A stretch of 64,000 nt of DNA. Origin: Promethearchaeota archaeon (GTDB taxonomy: Archaea > Asgardarchaeota > Lokiarchaeia > Sigyniarchaeales > SOKP01). The DNA lies in assembly GCA_019058245.1 (NCBI GenBank), contig JAHPZJ010000014.1, positions 51,085 to 115,084 of the forward strand, given 5' to 3'. Below are positions 10,536-20,623 of the stretch, one piece after another. The position numbers and the translations under genes were made by a program. The notes under the pieces were generated by a model, which saw only the letters and a list, made by a program, of their open reading frames with translations, was not told the origin of the DNA and ran no database searches. Positions within the stretch are counted from its first letter, which is position 1. Each line of letters begins with the position of its first letter.

Positions 10536-10885
10536 GTGACAATATTGGTATTCCTGGTGTGGTTCCTCCAAAGATCAAACCTGGAGAATGCAAAGATCTT
10601 TCTTGCCCTTTTCATGGTAAAACAAGAATTAGGGGAAAAATTACTCAAGGAATCGTAGTAAGTAAAAAATCAAAAAATACCATCATTATAAGACGTGATT
10701 ATGTTCAATTTGTTAAAAAATATCAAAGATATGAACGTCGTAATACACGCTTAGCATGTCATTTAACAGATTGTTTAAGTCATGAAATTCAAATTGGAGA
10801 TTTAGTAAGAGTTGGTGAATCTAGAAAGATTTCGAAAACAAAAGCTTTTATCGTGTTAGAAAAAATTTCGAGTAAGGTGGATTAA
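10532..10885 (+). CDS. rps17: 30S ribosomal protein uS17
   Basis: CPFHG, KKYQRYERR, GESRKISKTKAF. Confidence 0.96.
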   Translation: MSDNIGIPGVVPPKIKPGECKDLSCPFHGKTRIRGKITQGIVVSKKSKNTIIIRRDYVQFVKKYQRYERRNTRLACHLTDCLSHEIQIGDLVRVGESRKISKTKAFIVLEKISSKVD

Positions 10886-11311
10886 ATGGGAACTAGAAGA
10901 AAATTGGGACGAAAAACATATTCTAAACCTCGTACCAGCTATGGATTATGCAATGGATCTAAAATAAATATTGCTGATAATTCTGGAGCTAAAATAGCTC
11001 AAATAATTAATGTAGACAGTTTCAAGACGAGATTGAGAAGATTACCAAAAGCCTCTGTTGGAAGTGTATGCACTGTAACAATAAAAAAAGGAAAACCTGA
11101 ATTAAGAGGAAATGTAGTAAAAGCTGTAATTGTTAGACAGAAAATGATTTATAGACGTATAGATGGAACTAGATTATGTTTTGAAGATAATGCGGGTGTC
11201 ATTGTCACCAAGGAAGGTGAACCTAAAGCTACAGAGATAAGAGGGCCTATTGCCCGAGAGGCAGCTGAAATGTTTCCAAGATTGGCATCAATTTCATCAT
11301 TAATAATTTAA
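10886..11311 (+). CDS. rpl14: 50S ribosomal protein uL14
   Basis: ADNSGAK, KKGKPELR, FEDNAGVIV. Confidence 0.97.
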   Translation: MGTRRKLGRKTYSKPRTSYGLCNGSKINIADNSGAKIAQIINVDSFKTRLRRLPKASVGSVCTVTIKKGKPELRGNVVKAVIVRQKMIYRRIDGTRLCFEDNAGVIVTKEGEPKATEIRGPIAREAAEMFPRLASISSLII

Positions 11312-11325
11312 TCAAAGGTGTAAAA

Positions 11326-11754
11326 ATGAAAGTAAAATCAAAACAACCAAGAAAGCAAAGAAAGGCACTGTATAGTTACAAAAATCATCAACGGTCAAAA
11401 TTACTGAGCACAAGGGTAGCAGATTTTCTTCGAGATGAATATGGAATAAAAAAACTTCCTCTCAGAGTTGGAGATCAAGTTCGAGTATGCAGAGGCGAAT
11501 TTAGGGATTTTGAGGGTGAAGTAATTGAAGTAACCAATAATTTAAGATGTAAAATTAAAGAGTGTACATTTGAAAAAACAGATGGAACTCAATTTAATCC
11601 TGCTATTCATATTTCAAATTTAGTGATAACTAAATTTACTAAAGAAAAAAAAATGGATCCATGGCGAGCTAATATGATTGAAAGAAAAGCAATATATGGA
11701 TTTTATGAAGAGGAATTAAAAGCGCCAAAGAAGGAAAAAGAGGTGGAAAAATAA
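11326..11754 (+). CDS. rpl24: 50S ribosomal protein uL24
   Basis: SKQPRKQRK, LPLRVGDQVRV KOW motif. Confidence 0.95.
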   Translation: MKVKSKQPRKQRKALYSYKNHQRSKLLSTRVADFLRDEYGIKKLPLRVGDQVRVCRGEFRDFEGEVIEVTNNLRCKIKECTFEKTDGTQFNPAIHISNLVITKFTKEKKMDPWRANMIERKAIYGFYEEELKAPKKEKEVEK

Positions 11755-11757
11755 AAA

Positions 11758-12504
11758 ATGACGAGACATGGAGGTCAAAAAACGTTAAAAAGACTAAATA
11801 CACCCGTTTTCTTACAAATTAAAAGAAAACATGGTACATTTTTTGTTAAACCAGCTGCAGGTCCACATCCTAGCAGATTTTGTTTACCACTTCTACATAT
11901 TATTAGAGACATTCTCAAGATTGTTGAAAATCATAACGAAGCAAAAAAATTAATTGTAGCAGGACAGTTTAAAGTTGATGGAAAAGTAGTGAGAGATAAA
12001 GCTTATCCCCTAGGTCTAATGGATGTATTATCCATCAAAAAATTAAATAAACATTATAGAATATTACCAGATTCTCATCATGGATTAATTCTACATGAGA
12101 TTTCTGAACAAGAGAGTGTTTTCAAATTGTGCAGGATAAATAATAAAAAAACTGTAAAGAGAGGACATATACAGTTAAATCTGCATGATGGAAGAAATAT
12201 CTTGATTAAAATTAATGATCCCAGAAATCCAAAAGAAGACACATATCAACGTATGGATGTCTTAAAGATTTCAATCCCAGATCAAGAGATTCTTAAAGTT
12301 TTAAGGTTTAAGGAAAATAATAATGCAATTATTATGTCTGGAAAAAATATTGGTCAAGTTGGAAAAATTATATCCATTTTGAAAAGATTTGGACCAAAGG
12401 CTAGTACAGTTTCAATTCAACATAACGGAAGTCATACTGAAACTCTATATGATTATACGTTTGTTTTAGGAGAAGACCAACTAGAAATTTCAATACCAGA
12501 ATGA
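11758..12504 (+). CDS. rps4e: 30S ribosomal protein eS4
   Basis: LKRL, GPH, KVDGKV, YPLGLMDV, NLHDGRNIL. Confidence 0.96.
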   Translation: MTRHGGQKTLKRLNTPVFLQIKRKHGTFFVKPAAGPHPSRFCLPLLHIIRDILKIVENHNEAKKLIVAGQFKVDGKVVRDKAYPLGLMDVLSIKKLNKHYRILPDSHHGLILHEISEQESVFKLCRINNKKTVKRGHIQLNLHDGRNILIKINDPRNPKEDTYQRMDVLKISIPDQEILKVLRFKENNNAIIMSGKNIGQVGKIISILKRFGPKASTVSIQHNGSHTETLYDYTFVLGEDQLEISIPE

Positions 12505-12601
12505 ATATATAAGAATCAAAAGAATTTTAATTATTTATACAAATAAAAATATTTAATTTCCCTCCTAATAGGAATAACAAAAATATTTTTCCTATATTGC
12601 T

Positions 12602-12710
12602 TAAAAATATTAAAGTTATTTGAGGTAAACTAAAGGTTTATTATTAACCTAAAACTTATTATAGCATAATAATGAAATAAGGGAGGGCATTCCCAAAATC
12701 TATTCGAATT
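12602..12710 (+). repeat. 109-bp inverted repeat, copy 1
   Basis: Reverse complement of 15348-15456 with 5 mismatches. Confidence 0.92.
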
Positions 12711-12767
12711 TTTACAGATATAGTATATTTATTCAACAAATTAATATTAATTTATGATAATTTCAAG

Positions 12768-14003
12768 ATGAATCATCAAAAAATAGGCAAATTAATTAAT
12801 TATTCAAATAAAACCATTGAGATTGAAAATAGTAACCGTATTGCTATTGTTAAGGTTAAGGATTATAATCCTGAAAATGTTCGAAGTGGATTATTAAGAA
12901 TCATAGAATTGTTAAAACCATCTTTTTTTGACGATGATTTGATTCATAAATCTGTATTACTAAAGCCAAATGTGCTAGCACCTGATAAAATGGCATTTAC
13001 AAACGAAAATGTGGTAGAACAATTAGCTGAAATATTAAAAAAGCAGGGTGTAAAAAAGCTTCTTATCGGAGATAGTACAATGACAAAATTAATAACAAAG
13101 ATGGCTCATAGAAAATCAGGATTGGCAGATATAGCTGAAAAACTTGGAGAAAAAATGATAAATTTTCTGGAAGATGAATTTGTTACAATATCACACGATT
13201 CATTCAGAGTATCTAAAGTGATTAGAATTCCTAAGACAGTTTTTAATGCAGATATTATAATTAATTTACCAAAAATGAAGACTCATGCAGGATATGTCTT
13301 TACTGGGGCTATCAAGAACTTTTTCGGATTAATGGAAGATAAAATATCAATGCATAAAATTTACAAGGATAAACTCTTGTTTCAAAGAATGCTGGGAGAT
13401 ATTCACCAAGCAGTTTTATGTTGCGGAGAAAAAGAACGTATAAAACCAGTTTTACATATAATGGATGCCATAGAAGCTATGGAGGGGAAAGGTCCTAGAA
13501 GCGGTAAACATAAAAAATATAATTGTTTAATAGGTTCATTCTCCCCTGTCGCTCTTGATGCATTAGCTTTTTCATTAATGGGAGGTAATCCAGAAGATCT
13601 AGAAGCTCTCAAATCTTTGTCCGAGACAAATTTATGGGAAAGGAATGTAAATAGATTAGAAGTAATAGGAGATAATTGGGAAGATTTTAAAGATAATGCC
13701 CAGATACCTCCTTTAGAAACTCTTAATTCCATAAGAACAGGAGGATCCTTAATTGAACGATTTGCTGTACCTCTTATTAGATCATTCCATCCAAGAATAA
13801 AAATAAATTCTAAAAAGTGTAAATTATGTATGAATTGTATATCTCATTGTCCAATGCAAGCATTGTATTTTGATGAAAATAAAAATAAAATTAAAGTTAA
13901 TCGCTCAAAATGCATTAATTGTTTTTGCTGTGGAGAAATTTGTCCAAATAATGCTGTACAGCAAAAAAGACCAATATCGAAATTTATTCCATTAATTAAA
14001 TAG
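12768..14003 (+). CDS. DUF362-domain protein with C-terminal 2x[4Fe-4S] domain
   Basis: VLLKPN, INLPKMKTH, TGAIKNFFG, AMEGKGP; CKLCMNCISHCP and CINCFCCGEICP. Confidence 0.88.
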   Translation: MNHQKIGKLINYSNKTIEIENSNRIAIVKVKDYNPENVRSGLLRIIELLKPSFFDDDLIHKSVLLKPNVLAPDKMAFTNENVVEQLAEILKKQGVKKLLIGDSTMTKLITKMAHRKSGLADIAEKLGEKMINFLEDEFVTISHDSFRVSKVIRIPKTVFNADIIINLPKMKTHAGYVFTGAIKNFFGLMEDKISMHKIYKDKLLFQRMLGDIHQAVLCCGEKERIKPVLHIMDAIEAMEGKGPRSGKHKKYNCLIGSFSPVALDALAFSLMGGNPEDLEALKSLSETNLWERNVNRLEVIGDNWEDFKDNAQIPPLETLNSIRTGGSLIERFAVPLIRSFHPRIKINSKKCKLCMNCISHCPMQALYFDENKNKIKVNRSKCINCFCCGEICPNNAVQQKRPISKFIPLIK

Positions 14004-14040
14004 AGTCTAAAAAGAATATATTAAAAAATTCTTTTGATTA

Positions 14041-15192
14041 TTATGCTAACACAGTTTTTAGTTTTAGCCTTTCTTGTACTCCAGGGATTTCATAATCCCA
14101 TTTTTCTATAGTAAAACTCCAATTATATTTAATTTTTTCAATTATCTCTTTTGTAAATTTATAGTTATTCTTCTTATAACCTTGAATTGATCTTAAATAT
14201 TTTTTGAGTTTAGGTTTTACCGTGTCAAATCCATTAAGATTAAACTGAGTATATATGCGATTTAATTCATATATGGGGTTTTCTTCAAGGTTTTCAAACC
14301 TTATTTCAATTAGATTCCTTTTAGGAATCAAACTCTTATTTTGAAAGTAATCTGTCATCATTTTTTTATAGATATTAAAGATATATTTTTCTATTTCCTC
14401 ATCTGATAATTTTTGGAGCATGAAAATCTGAATTGCTTTTTTATAAAAATTCTTTGTGGAAAAAAAAACAGTATAAGGATTTCGATAGATATGAATAAAT
14501 TTTGCTGTAGGAAATATTTTTAATAGAATCTTAATTCGGGATGTATTTACTGGACTTTTGAGAATCAATTGTTTCCCTCTCCAATAGTAAGTTATTTTCT
14601 TTAATAGAAAAAGATATTTTTGTTTCCATAAATTTATTTCTTTTTTTGAAAAATCTTTAAATCGAATAAAATGATCATATTGTTTTGACAATCCTTTTGG
14701 CAAGTACCAACCATTATAAAAAGAGTATGGAATAAGGTTTCCTAAAGCCATCTCTTCTTCAGTTGGGGAATACACTCTAAGTTCCATATTATCCATTGGT
14801 CGAATCTCTGGTAAATATCTCTTAAGAATTGTAAAACATAATTTATTGCTTAAAAATGATTTTGGAAAAGTTGCTTGAAGCATATCTATATATCCAAACT
14901 GAGAATCTTGACATAATAAATTTTGAAGGTGAGTTGTGCCTGTTCTCCAATGACCTATAATAAATATTGGTGGTTTTGAAAAATTAATATTATTTAATAT
15001 TTTTCGGTACCGTAAAGATTCATAGATTTCAAAGGGAGTAAAGATGGGTTTAATTAAATTAATTAAGAAAATTCTAGGGAAATAATACTTAAAATTCTTA
15101 ATTCCCTCATTCAAAAATAATTTCATCCAATTGTGAAAAGAGAGACCAATTGAAGGTCCTAATTTATTCATTATTTCATTAATTTTTGTCAT
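14041..15192 (-). CDS. PAPS-dependent sulfotransferase (Stf3-like family)
   Basis: PIFIIGHWRTGTTHL, LILKSPVNTSR, FIHIYRNPY. Confidence 0.9.
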   Translation of the reverse strand: MTKINEIMNKLGPSIGLSFHNWMKLFLNEGIKNFKYYFPRIFLINLIKPIFTPFEIYESLRYRKILNNINFSKPPIFIIGHWRTGTTHLQNLLCQDSQFGYIDMLQATFPKSFLSNKLCFTILKRYLPEIRPMDNMELRVYSPTEEEMALGNLIPYSFYNGWYLPKGLSKQYDHFIRFKDFSKKEINLWKQKYLFLLKKITYYWRGKQLILKSPVNTSRIKILLKIFPTAKFIHIYRNPYTVFFSTKNFYKKAIQIFMLQKLSDEEIEKYIFNIYKKMMTDYFQNKSLIPKRNLIEIRFENLEENPIYELNRIYTQFNLNGFDTVKPKLKKYLRSIQGYKKNNYKFTKEIIEKIKYNWSFTIEKWDYEIPGVQERLKLKTVLA

Positions 15193-15347
15193 TTTTTATA
15201 CTAACTTCCCCCCCGACCCATGAAAGTATATCGTTTTATTATTGACTGAAAATAAATTATGTAATCTATACAGAAACATTTTTGCATTACCTCAATATAA
15301 ATAAAAATTATTAGGCGAATGTCTAAAAGTCTATAAATAATTATATT

Positions 15348-15456
15348 AATTTGAATAGATTTTGGGAATGCCCTCCCTTATTTCAATATTATGATATAAT
15401 AAGTTTTAGGTTAATAATAAACCTTTAGTTTATCTCAAATGACTTTAATATTTTTA
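15348..15456 (-). repeat. 109-bp inverted repeat, copy 2
   Basis: Reverse complement of 12602-12710 with 5 mismatches. Confidence 0.92.
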
Positions 15457-15677
15457 GGTAAAAAAATCCAAAACTGTATTATAATTTTAAAAAAAAAAGG
15501 GCTATAAATTTACTAACTTCTAAATAAAAATTTACTATCTTTAATAGACTATTTCTATTTACTCAATTTTACAAAATATTAAATAAAACTTTTGTTATAA
15601 TAATAGTAATTTCGAATGAAATCCAAAGAATAAGATAAACTAATAATTAAAACTTTTAAAAAAATCCAAAATTAATA

Positions 15678-16571
15678 GTGAATGAAATGATTTTTCAAAT
15701 AGCGGATTCCAGATATCTTAACATGATACTTATTATTTTTGTTATTCTAGCATTTATTCTGGTTTTTTGGTGGAAATTAGGGAGATCCATAAAATTGGTG
15801 GAATTTCGTGTAATCGCTCTTTTTTTTCTCTCATTAGGAGTAATGATTGAGGTTGTTATGCTTGTAGATGTTTTAGGTTCTAATCCTCTTATACTCGCCA
15901 TCGGTTATCCCCTTTCATTTGCTTTTATTATTTATACGTCACTATTCATAACTAGAATTGTCTCACAGCAGCGAAAGAAAATAGAATCTAATTTAAAAGC
16001 AAGCTCTAAAGCATCGATTAATGTAGCAAACATTGCAACCGAACTCGCTGCTAACGCAAATGAAGTTAATGCTGCAGCAGAGGAAATAGCCTCATCAACT
16101 CAACAAATAGTAAATGAGAGTAAAAAGATGACAGTTTCATCCAATGAAATTAAAAATATAATGGATATTATTATTAATATTGCTGAACAAACAAACCTTT
16201 TAGCATTAAATGCTAGTATTGAAGCAGGAAGGGCAGGTGAAAGTGGAAGAGGCTTTGGGGTCGTAGCAGATGAAGTAAGAAAACTCGCTGAGGAATCAAG
16301 AAAAGTTGTAAACCAAAGTGGAACTACAATAACCGATATTATAAATAAAATTCATATAATTACAAGTTCATTGGAAGAAATAAGTGTAGCAACACAACAA
16401 CAAACTGAATCAATGGAACAAATATCTTCAACAGCGAATGATTTAGGAGAAATGGCAGAAAGATTAAAAGAAAGCTTTCTTAAAAATGTTGAAGAAATCA
16501 AGGAAAAAGAAAAGGATTTGAAGACAGATTCTAATTCTATTTATCAAAAAAAAATCATTAAAATGAATTAA
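15678..16571 (+). CDS. Methyl-accepting chemotaxis-like protein (3 TM plus short signalling domain)
   Basis: [38 protein letters not shown] hairpin tip. Confidence 0.93.
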   Translation: MNEMIFQIADSRYLNMILIIFVILAFILVFWWKLGRSIKLVEFRVIALFFLSLGVMIEVVMLVDVLGSNPLILAIGYPLSFAFIIYTSLFITRIVSQQRKKIESNLKASSKASINVANIATELAANANEVNAAAEEIASSTQQIVNESKKMTVSSNEIKNIMDIIINIAEQTNLLALNASIEAGRAGESGRGFGVVADEVRKLAEESRKVVNQSGTTITDIINKIHIITSSLEEISVATQQQTESMEQISSTANDLGEMAERLKESFLKNVEEIKEKEKDLKTDSNSIYQKKIIKMN

Positions 16572-17126
16572 CTATTGTTTTTTTTAAATATTTTAAATTT
16601 GTCGACCAAACTACTAAATTGAGTTAAAAAAAAGACCTCTTTTCATATTATTTAGCTTTTAAAAGTAGTTTTTACTTATCGATTTTGATTTAACAAAAGA
16701 CAATTGAAAATATTTCAAGAAACTGGAAATTTTAACAAAAACAATAAAAAAACAATTAAGAATATAAAAAAGGAAGTTTATTTTAATTATCTTCCCTTCT
16801 AAGAGATATATTTTTTATTATTTATCATAAAAAATAAATTAAAATAGGGAGGAAAAAACTTGTGAGCATATTAAATTTAGAGTTAAATGGAATATTATTG
16901 TTTAAATATCCTATTTTTTGATTCTAAATCTCATTCTATTATAATAGAGGCCTTGTTATACATCCTAATTTATTATATAGTAAAAAGAAACGGTTACCAA
17001 GTATTCTTTGTAATAATTTAAAAAAATTAATTAAACATGCTGAATTTTTTATCATTACATATTGAGTAGATTAAGAATAACATATTCAAATTATAAAATA
17101 TAACTTAGGATTTTTGGTGTAGTAGC

Positions 17127-17204
17127 ATGGAAACGTTATATGATTATACCTTCTTTGTAGGCAAAGAAAATTCTGAAATAGATATTCCAAAGTTAGAACG
17201 TTAA
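17127..17204 (+). pseudogene. Second copy of the rps4e 3' end (METLYDYTFFVGKENSEIDIPKLER*)
   Basis: Aligns with eS4 C-terminus ETLYDYTFVLGEDQLEISIPE; ends 30 nt upstream of rpl5. Confidence 0.8.
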
Positions 17205-17234
17205 TAAATAATGTACAGAATGATGTGAAAAAAA

Positions 17235-17828
17235 ATGTCAAGTAAATCAAAAACGAAAATTTCATCGACTCTTTCAAAAGAATTTGAAGAAAAATGGAAA
17301 AACCCTATGAAAAAACCATATCTAGAAAAGCTAGTTCTAAATATTGGTGTTGGTCTTGGGGGAGAAGAATTAGAAAAAGCAGTAAACGTTTTAGAAACGA
17401 TTACAGGTCAAAAGGCAATTAAGACTAAATCAAAAACAAATGTGAAAGAATTTAATTTAAGAAAAGGACGACCTATAGGTACGAAACTTACTATTAGGGG
17501 TCAAGATGCTGAAAAATTACTTAAAAGATTATTAATTGTTAATAATAATAAAATATTAAGAAAAAGTTTTGATAATTATGGTAATTTTGGTTTTGGAATA
17601 ACTGAACATATCTCTATCCCTGGTATTGAGTATGATAATGAAATTGGGATATGGGGTTTGGATTGTGTAGGACGAGTAGTTAGACCTGGAATGAGAGTAA
17701 AATCTAGACGAAAAGCTCGAACAAAAGTTCCAAAACATCATTATGTACAACGAGGAGAAACCCAATATTTTTTAAAACAAAAGTTTGGAGTTGAAATTGT
17801 AGAAAAATTAGAATTAGATTATTTTTAA
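17235..17828 (+). CDS. rpl5: 50S ribosomal protein uL5
   Basis: NPMKKP, KLVLNIGVG, FDNYGNFGFGITEHI. Confidence 0.97.
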   Translation: MSSKSKTKISSTLSKEFEEKWKNPMKKPYLEKLVLNIGVGLGGEELEKAVNVLETITGQKAIKTKSKTNVKEFNLRKGRPIGTKLTIRGQDAEKLLKRLLIVNNNKILRKSFDNYGNFGFGITEHISIPGIEYDNEIGIWGLDCVGRVVRPGMRVKSRRKARTKVPKHHYVQRGETQYFLKQKFGVEIVEKLELDYF

Positions 17829-17847
17829 TATGTTTAGGTGAAAAAAG

Positions 17848-17997
17848 ATACCACAAGGCAAACATTACGGCAAAGGCCAGAGAGAATGTAGAAGATGTCA
17901 TACTCATAGAGGAGTAATACGACGTTATGGATTATATATATGTAGACGATGTTTTTATGAAATTGGGAAAGATATTGGATTTAAAAGATTTGAATAA
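17848..17997 (+). CDS. rps14: 30S ribosomal protein uS14 (zinc-binding), probable ATA start; not in ORF track
   Basis: [48 protein letters not shown]; in-frame TGA at 17839-17841. Confidence 0.93.
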   Translation: MPQGKHYGKGQRECRRCHTHRGVIRRYGLYICRRCFYEIGKDIGFKRFE

Positions 17998-18024
17998 ATA
18001 TTAGAAAAAAGAGAGTGAATATCC

Positions 18025-18408
18025 ATGACAAATACCATAGCAGATGCATGTTGCGCCCTCAAAAATGCAGAAAGAGCACGCAAAAAGGAAGTTATAATTA
18101 GCCCTGCTTCTAAGGTCCTCCAACAGATTCTTCGAATATTCCAAAGACAAGCATATATTGGAGAATTCGAAAGATATGATGATGGAAGGCAAGGTAAATT
18201 TAAGATAGCATTATTAGGTAAAATGAATGAATGTTCAGGATTAATGAGACTAAATTATAAAGTATCTCAATTTGAAATGTTAGAAAGAAAATTATTACCC
18301 GCACCGGGATTAGGGATAATAATCCTCACCACAAATCAAGGTATAATGACAATGAGTGAGGCAGAAGAAAACCACATTGGTGGACATACTTTATGTTATA
18401 TTTATTAA
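18025..18408 (+). CDS. rps8: 30S ribosomal protein uS8
   Basis: YIGEFE, DDGRQG, LLPA, LTTNQGIM. Confidence 0.96.
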   Translation: MTNTIADACCALKNAERARKKEVIISPASKVLQQILRIFQRQAYIGEFERYDDGRQGKFKIALLGKMNECSGLMRLNYKVSQFEMLERKLLPAPGLGIIILTTNQGIMTMSEAEENHIGGHTLCYIY

Positions 18409-18430
18409 TCTATTACGAGGAAAATATCAA

Positions 18431-19009
18431 ATGGTAAAAATTGCGTTCTTCAAAGAAGAATTGGAAATCCCTGCTGATGTTAAAGTGACATTAGAAGGAG
18501 GACATCATATTCGAATTAAAGGTTCAAATGGTAATATAACAAAAGATTTCTCACATATTAGAGGTATAAAGGTTTCAGTTGAGAAAAATAAAATTATTTT
18601 TATAACTAACTTTCCCAAAAGTGGTACATTAGCTTTAATTAAAACTGTTGTCAGCATTATTAATAATTTAATTATCGGTGTTCAAACAAATTACAAATAC
18701 GTATCTAAAATTTGTTATTCACATTTTCCTTGTAATTGCGAAGTAAAATCTGATAAGAAAGAGATTCATGTAGTTAATTTCTTAGGAGAAAGAGCCCCTA
18801 GGAAAGCAAAATATCCTGATAATGTAAAAGTTGAAGTAAAGGGGGATGATGTATATTTTATTGGACCAGATAAAGAAGCATTAGGTCAAACAGCCGCTAA
18901 TGTTAAAAGAGCTTGTCGTATTCGGAAAAAAGATCCTCGAGTTTTTCAAGATGGTGTCTATTTATACAAAAAAATGATTGGAGATGAAACCATCTGGGAA
19001 ATCACCTAA
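18431..19009 (+). CDS. rpl6: 50S ribosomal protein uL6
   Basis: YSHFP, NFLGERAPR, KDPRVFQDGVY; ATG 18431 preferred to avoid overlap with uS8. Confidence 0.96.
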   Translation: MVKIAFFKEELEIPADVKVTLEGGHHIRIKGSNGNITKDFSHIRGIKVSVEKNKIIFITNFPKSGTLALIKTVVSIINNLIIGVQTNYKYVSKICYSHFPCNCEVKSDKKEIHVVNFLGERAPRKAKYPDNVKVEVKGDDVYFIGPDKEALGQTAANVKRACRIRKKDPRVFQDGVYLYKKMIGDETIWEIT

Positions 19010-19024
19010 AGTAAGGTAATTATT

Positions 19025-19546
19025 ATGATACAAGATAAAAGATTATTAGAACTGCGGAAAAAAATAAATAAAACACGACCTTCATTTCGACGGGTAGAAT
19101 CGTGGCGATATAAGAGAGTTAAAGATTCATGGCGGAAAGCTCGAGGCATTGACTCAAAAACAAGAAAAAAAAAGAAGTCCGGTGTTAAATCCCCCTCAGT
19201 TGGATATAGATCACCAAAGAAAGTAAGAGGTTTGCATCCTTCAGGGTATATAGAAGCAAGGATTATAACAATCCAAGATTTAGAAAATCTTAACAAAAAT
19301 AAACATGCTGTCAAAATCTCAAGTAAATTGGGTTCAAAAAAACGAATAGCCCTTATTGATTTTTGTCAAAAAAGGGGCTTTAAAGTATTAAATCTTGGTA
19401 TTTCTCAAAAAGAAATTGAGAGTTTAGAGGCACTCGCAGAAGCTCCTTTATATGAGGAGATGGAAGATGAAGAATTTTTAGATAATGATGATTTAGAAGA
19501 ATCTCTTGAAATAGATGATAAAAATGCCAAAAAAAAGAGGCGGTGA
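19025..19546 (+). CDS. rpl32e: 50S ribosomal protein eL32 with acidic C-terminal tail
   Basis: SWRKARGIDSK, GYRSPKKVRGLHPSG. Confidence 0.96.
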   Translation: MIQDKRLLELRKKINKTRPSFRRVESWRYKRVKDSWRKARGIDSKTRKKKKSGVKSPSVGYRSPKKVRGLHPSGYIEARIITIQDLENLNKNKHAVKISSKLGSKKRIALIDFCQKRGFKVLNLGISQKEIESLEALAEAPLYEEMEDEEFLDNDDLEESLEIDDKNAKKKRR

Positions 19547-19552
19547 TAATAA

Positions 19553-20014
19553 ATGAATTTAAAACCACAAAAAAGAATGGCAGCAGAACTTCTAAAATGC
19601 GGAGAGAATAGAGTTTATTTTGATCCTTATTTAATCGAAGATATTTCACTGGCAATAACTCGAGAAGATATTCGTAGTTTAATAAAGCAAGGTGTAATAC
19701 AGAAAAAATATGAAACAGGTATTTCAAATTACCGAAAAAATCAACGACATGAAAGGAAGAAGAAAGGAAGAGCTAGAGGATTAGGAAAGCGTAAAGGTAC
19801 AAAGTATGCAAGAACACCAAAAAAGAAAACCTGGATTAGACGAATACGTCCAATTAGACGAGAACTTAAAAAACTAAGGGACAGGAAATTAATTACTCCC
19901 GCTAATTATCGAAAATTATATAAGAATGCTAAAGGTGGAATGTTTAATAGTATTGCTCAGTTAAATCGATATATTCGAGAAAAAGAATTAATAAGAAGAG
20001 GAAGAGGTCGGTAG
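19553..20014 (+). CDS. rpl19e: 50S ribosomal protein eL19
   Basis: QKRMAAELLKCGENRV, GKRKG, YKNAKGGMF. Confidence 0.96.
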   Translation: MNLKPQKRMAAELLKCGENRVYFDPYLIEDISLAITREDIRSLIKQGVIQKKYETGISNYRKNQRHERKKKGRARGLGKRKGTKYARTPKKKTWIRRIRPIRRELKKLRDRKLITPANYRKLYKNAKGGMFNSIAQLNRYIREKELIRRGRGR

Positions 20015-20016
20015 AA

Positions 20017-20610
20017 ATGGCTAAAGGTCCAAGGTATAGAAGATCATTTCGAAGGCGTCATGAGGGTAAAACGGATTTTCATAAAAGATTAAAATTGTTG
20101 AAATCAAGAAAACTAAGAATAGTTATTCGAGCTTCAAATAATCATGTGAGAGTTCAACTAGTTCAGTCCAAATTAGGTGGGGATAAAATTTTAATCTCAG
20201 CATTTTCGAAAGAATTAACCTCTAAATATGGATGGAATGTAAACACAGGAAATATTCCAGCTGCTTATTTAACCGGATATTTAGCAGGATTAAGGGCGAA
20301 AAAGCAAAATATTCAGGAAGGTATCTTTGATTTAGGCGTTTTCTACCATCGAAATCGAGTACTTGCTGCTTGTAAAGGATTAATAGATGCTGGAATTAAT
20401 ATTCCATATCGTGAAGAATTTTTTCCAGAAAGTTTAGAAGAGCGAATTAAAGGAATTCATATTGAAGATTATGCCAAGACTCTAAAATCAAATGCGCCAG
20501 AAATTTATGAACAACTTTTCTCAGGATATCTAAACAAGAATAAAATAAATCCAATGAAAATAAGTCAAATGATTACAGATTCATCAAAAAAAATAGAAAA
20601 TCAAATTTAA
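20017..20610 (+). CDS. rpl18: 50S ribosomal protein uL18
   Basis: RRRHEGKTDF, NIPAAYLTGYLAG. Confidence 0.96.
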   Translation: MAKGPRYRRSFRRRHEGKTDFHKRLKLLKSRKLRIVIRASNNHVRVQLVQSKLGGDKILISAFSKELTSKYGWNVNTGNIPAAYLTGYLAGLRAKKQNIQEGIFDLGVFYHRNRVLAACKGLIDAGINIPYREEFFPESLEERIKGIHIEDYAKTLKSNAPEIYEQLFSGYLNKNKINPMKISQMITDSSKKIENQI

Positions 20611-20623
20611 AAATGTGAATTAA

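Larger units (their letters stand above)
12439..17149. mobile_element. Integrase-less genomic island inserted in the 3' end of rps4e
   Basis: Direct repeat GAAACnnTATATGATTATAC (18/20 identical) at 12439-12458 and 17130-17149; unrelated cargo between normally adjacent rps4e and rpl5. Confidence 0.7.

Noticed and set aside
12505-17126. Integrase or transposase within the island
   Set aside because: No ORF or recognisable remnant with recombinase or DDE motifs
17086-17277. 63-aa minus-strand ORF
   Set aside because: Antisense to the duplicated rps4e tail and the rpl5 start
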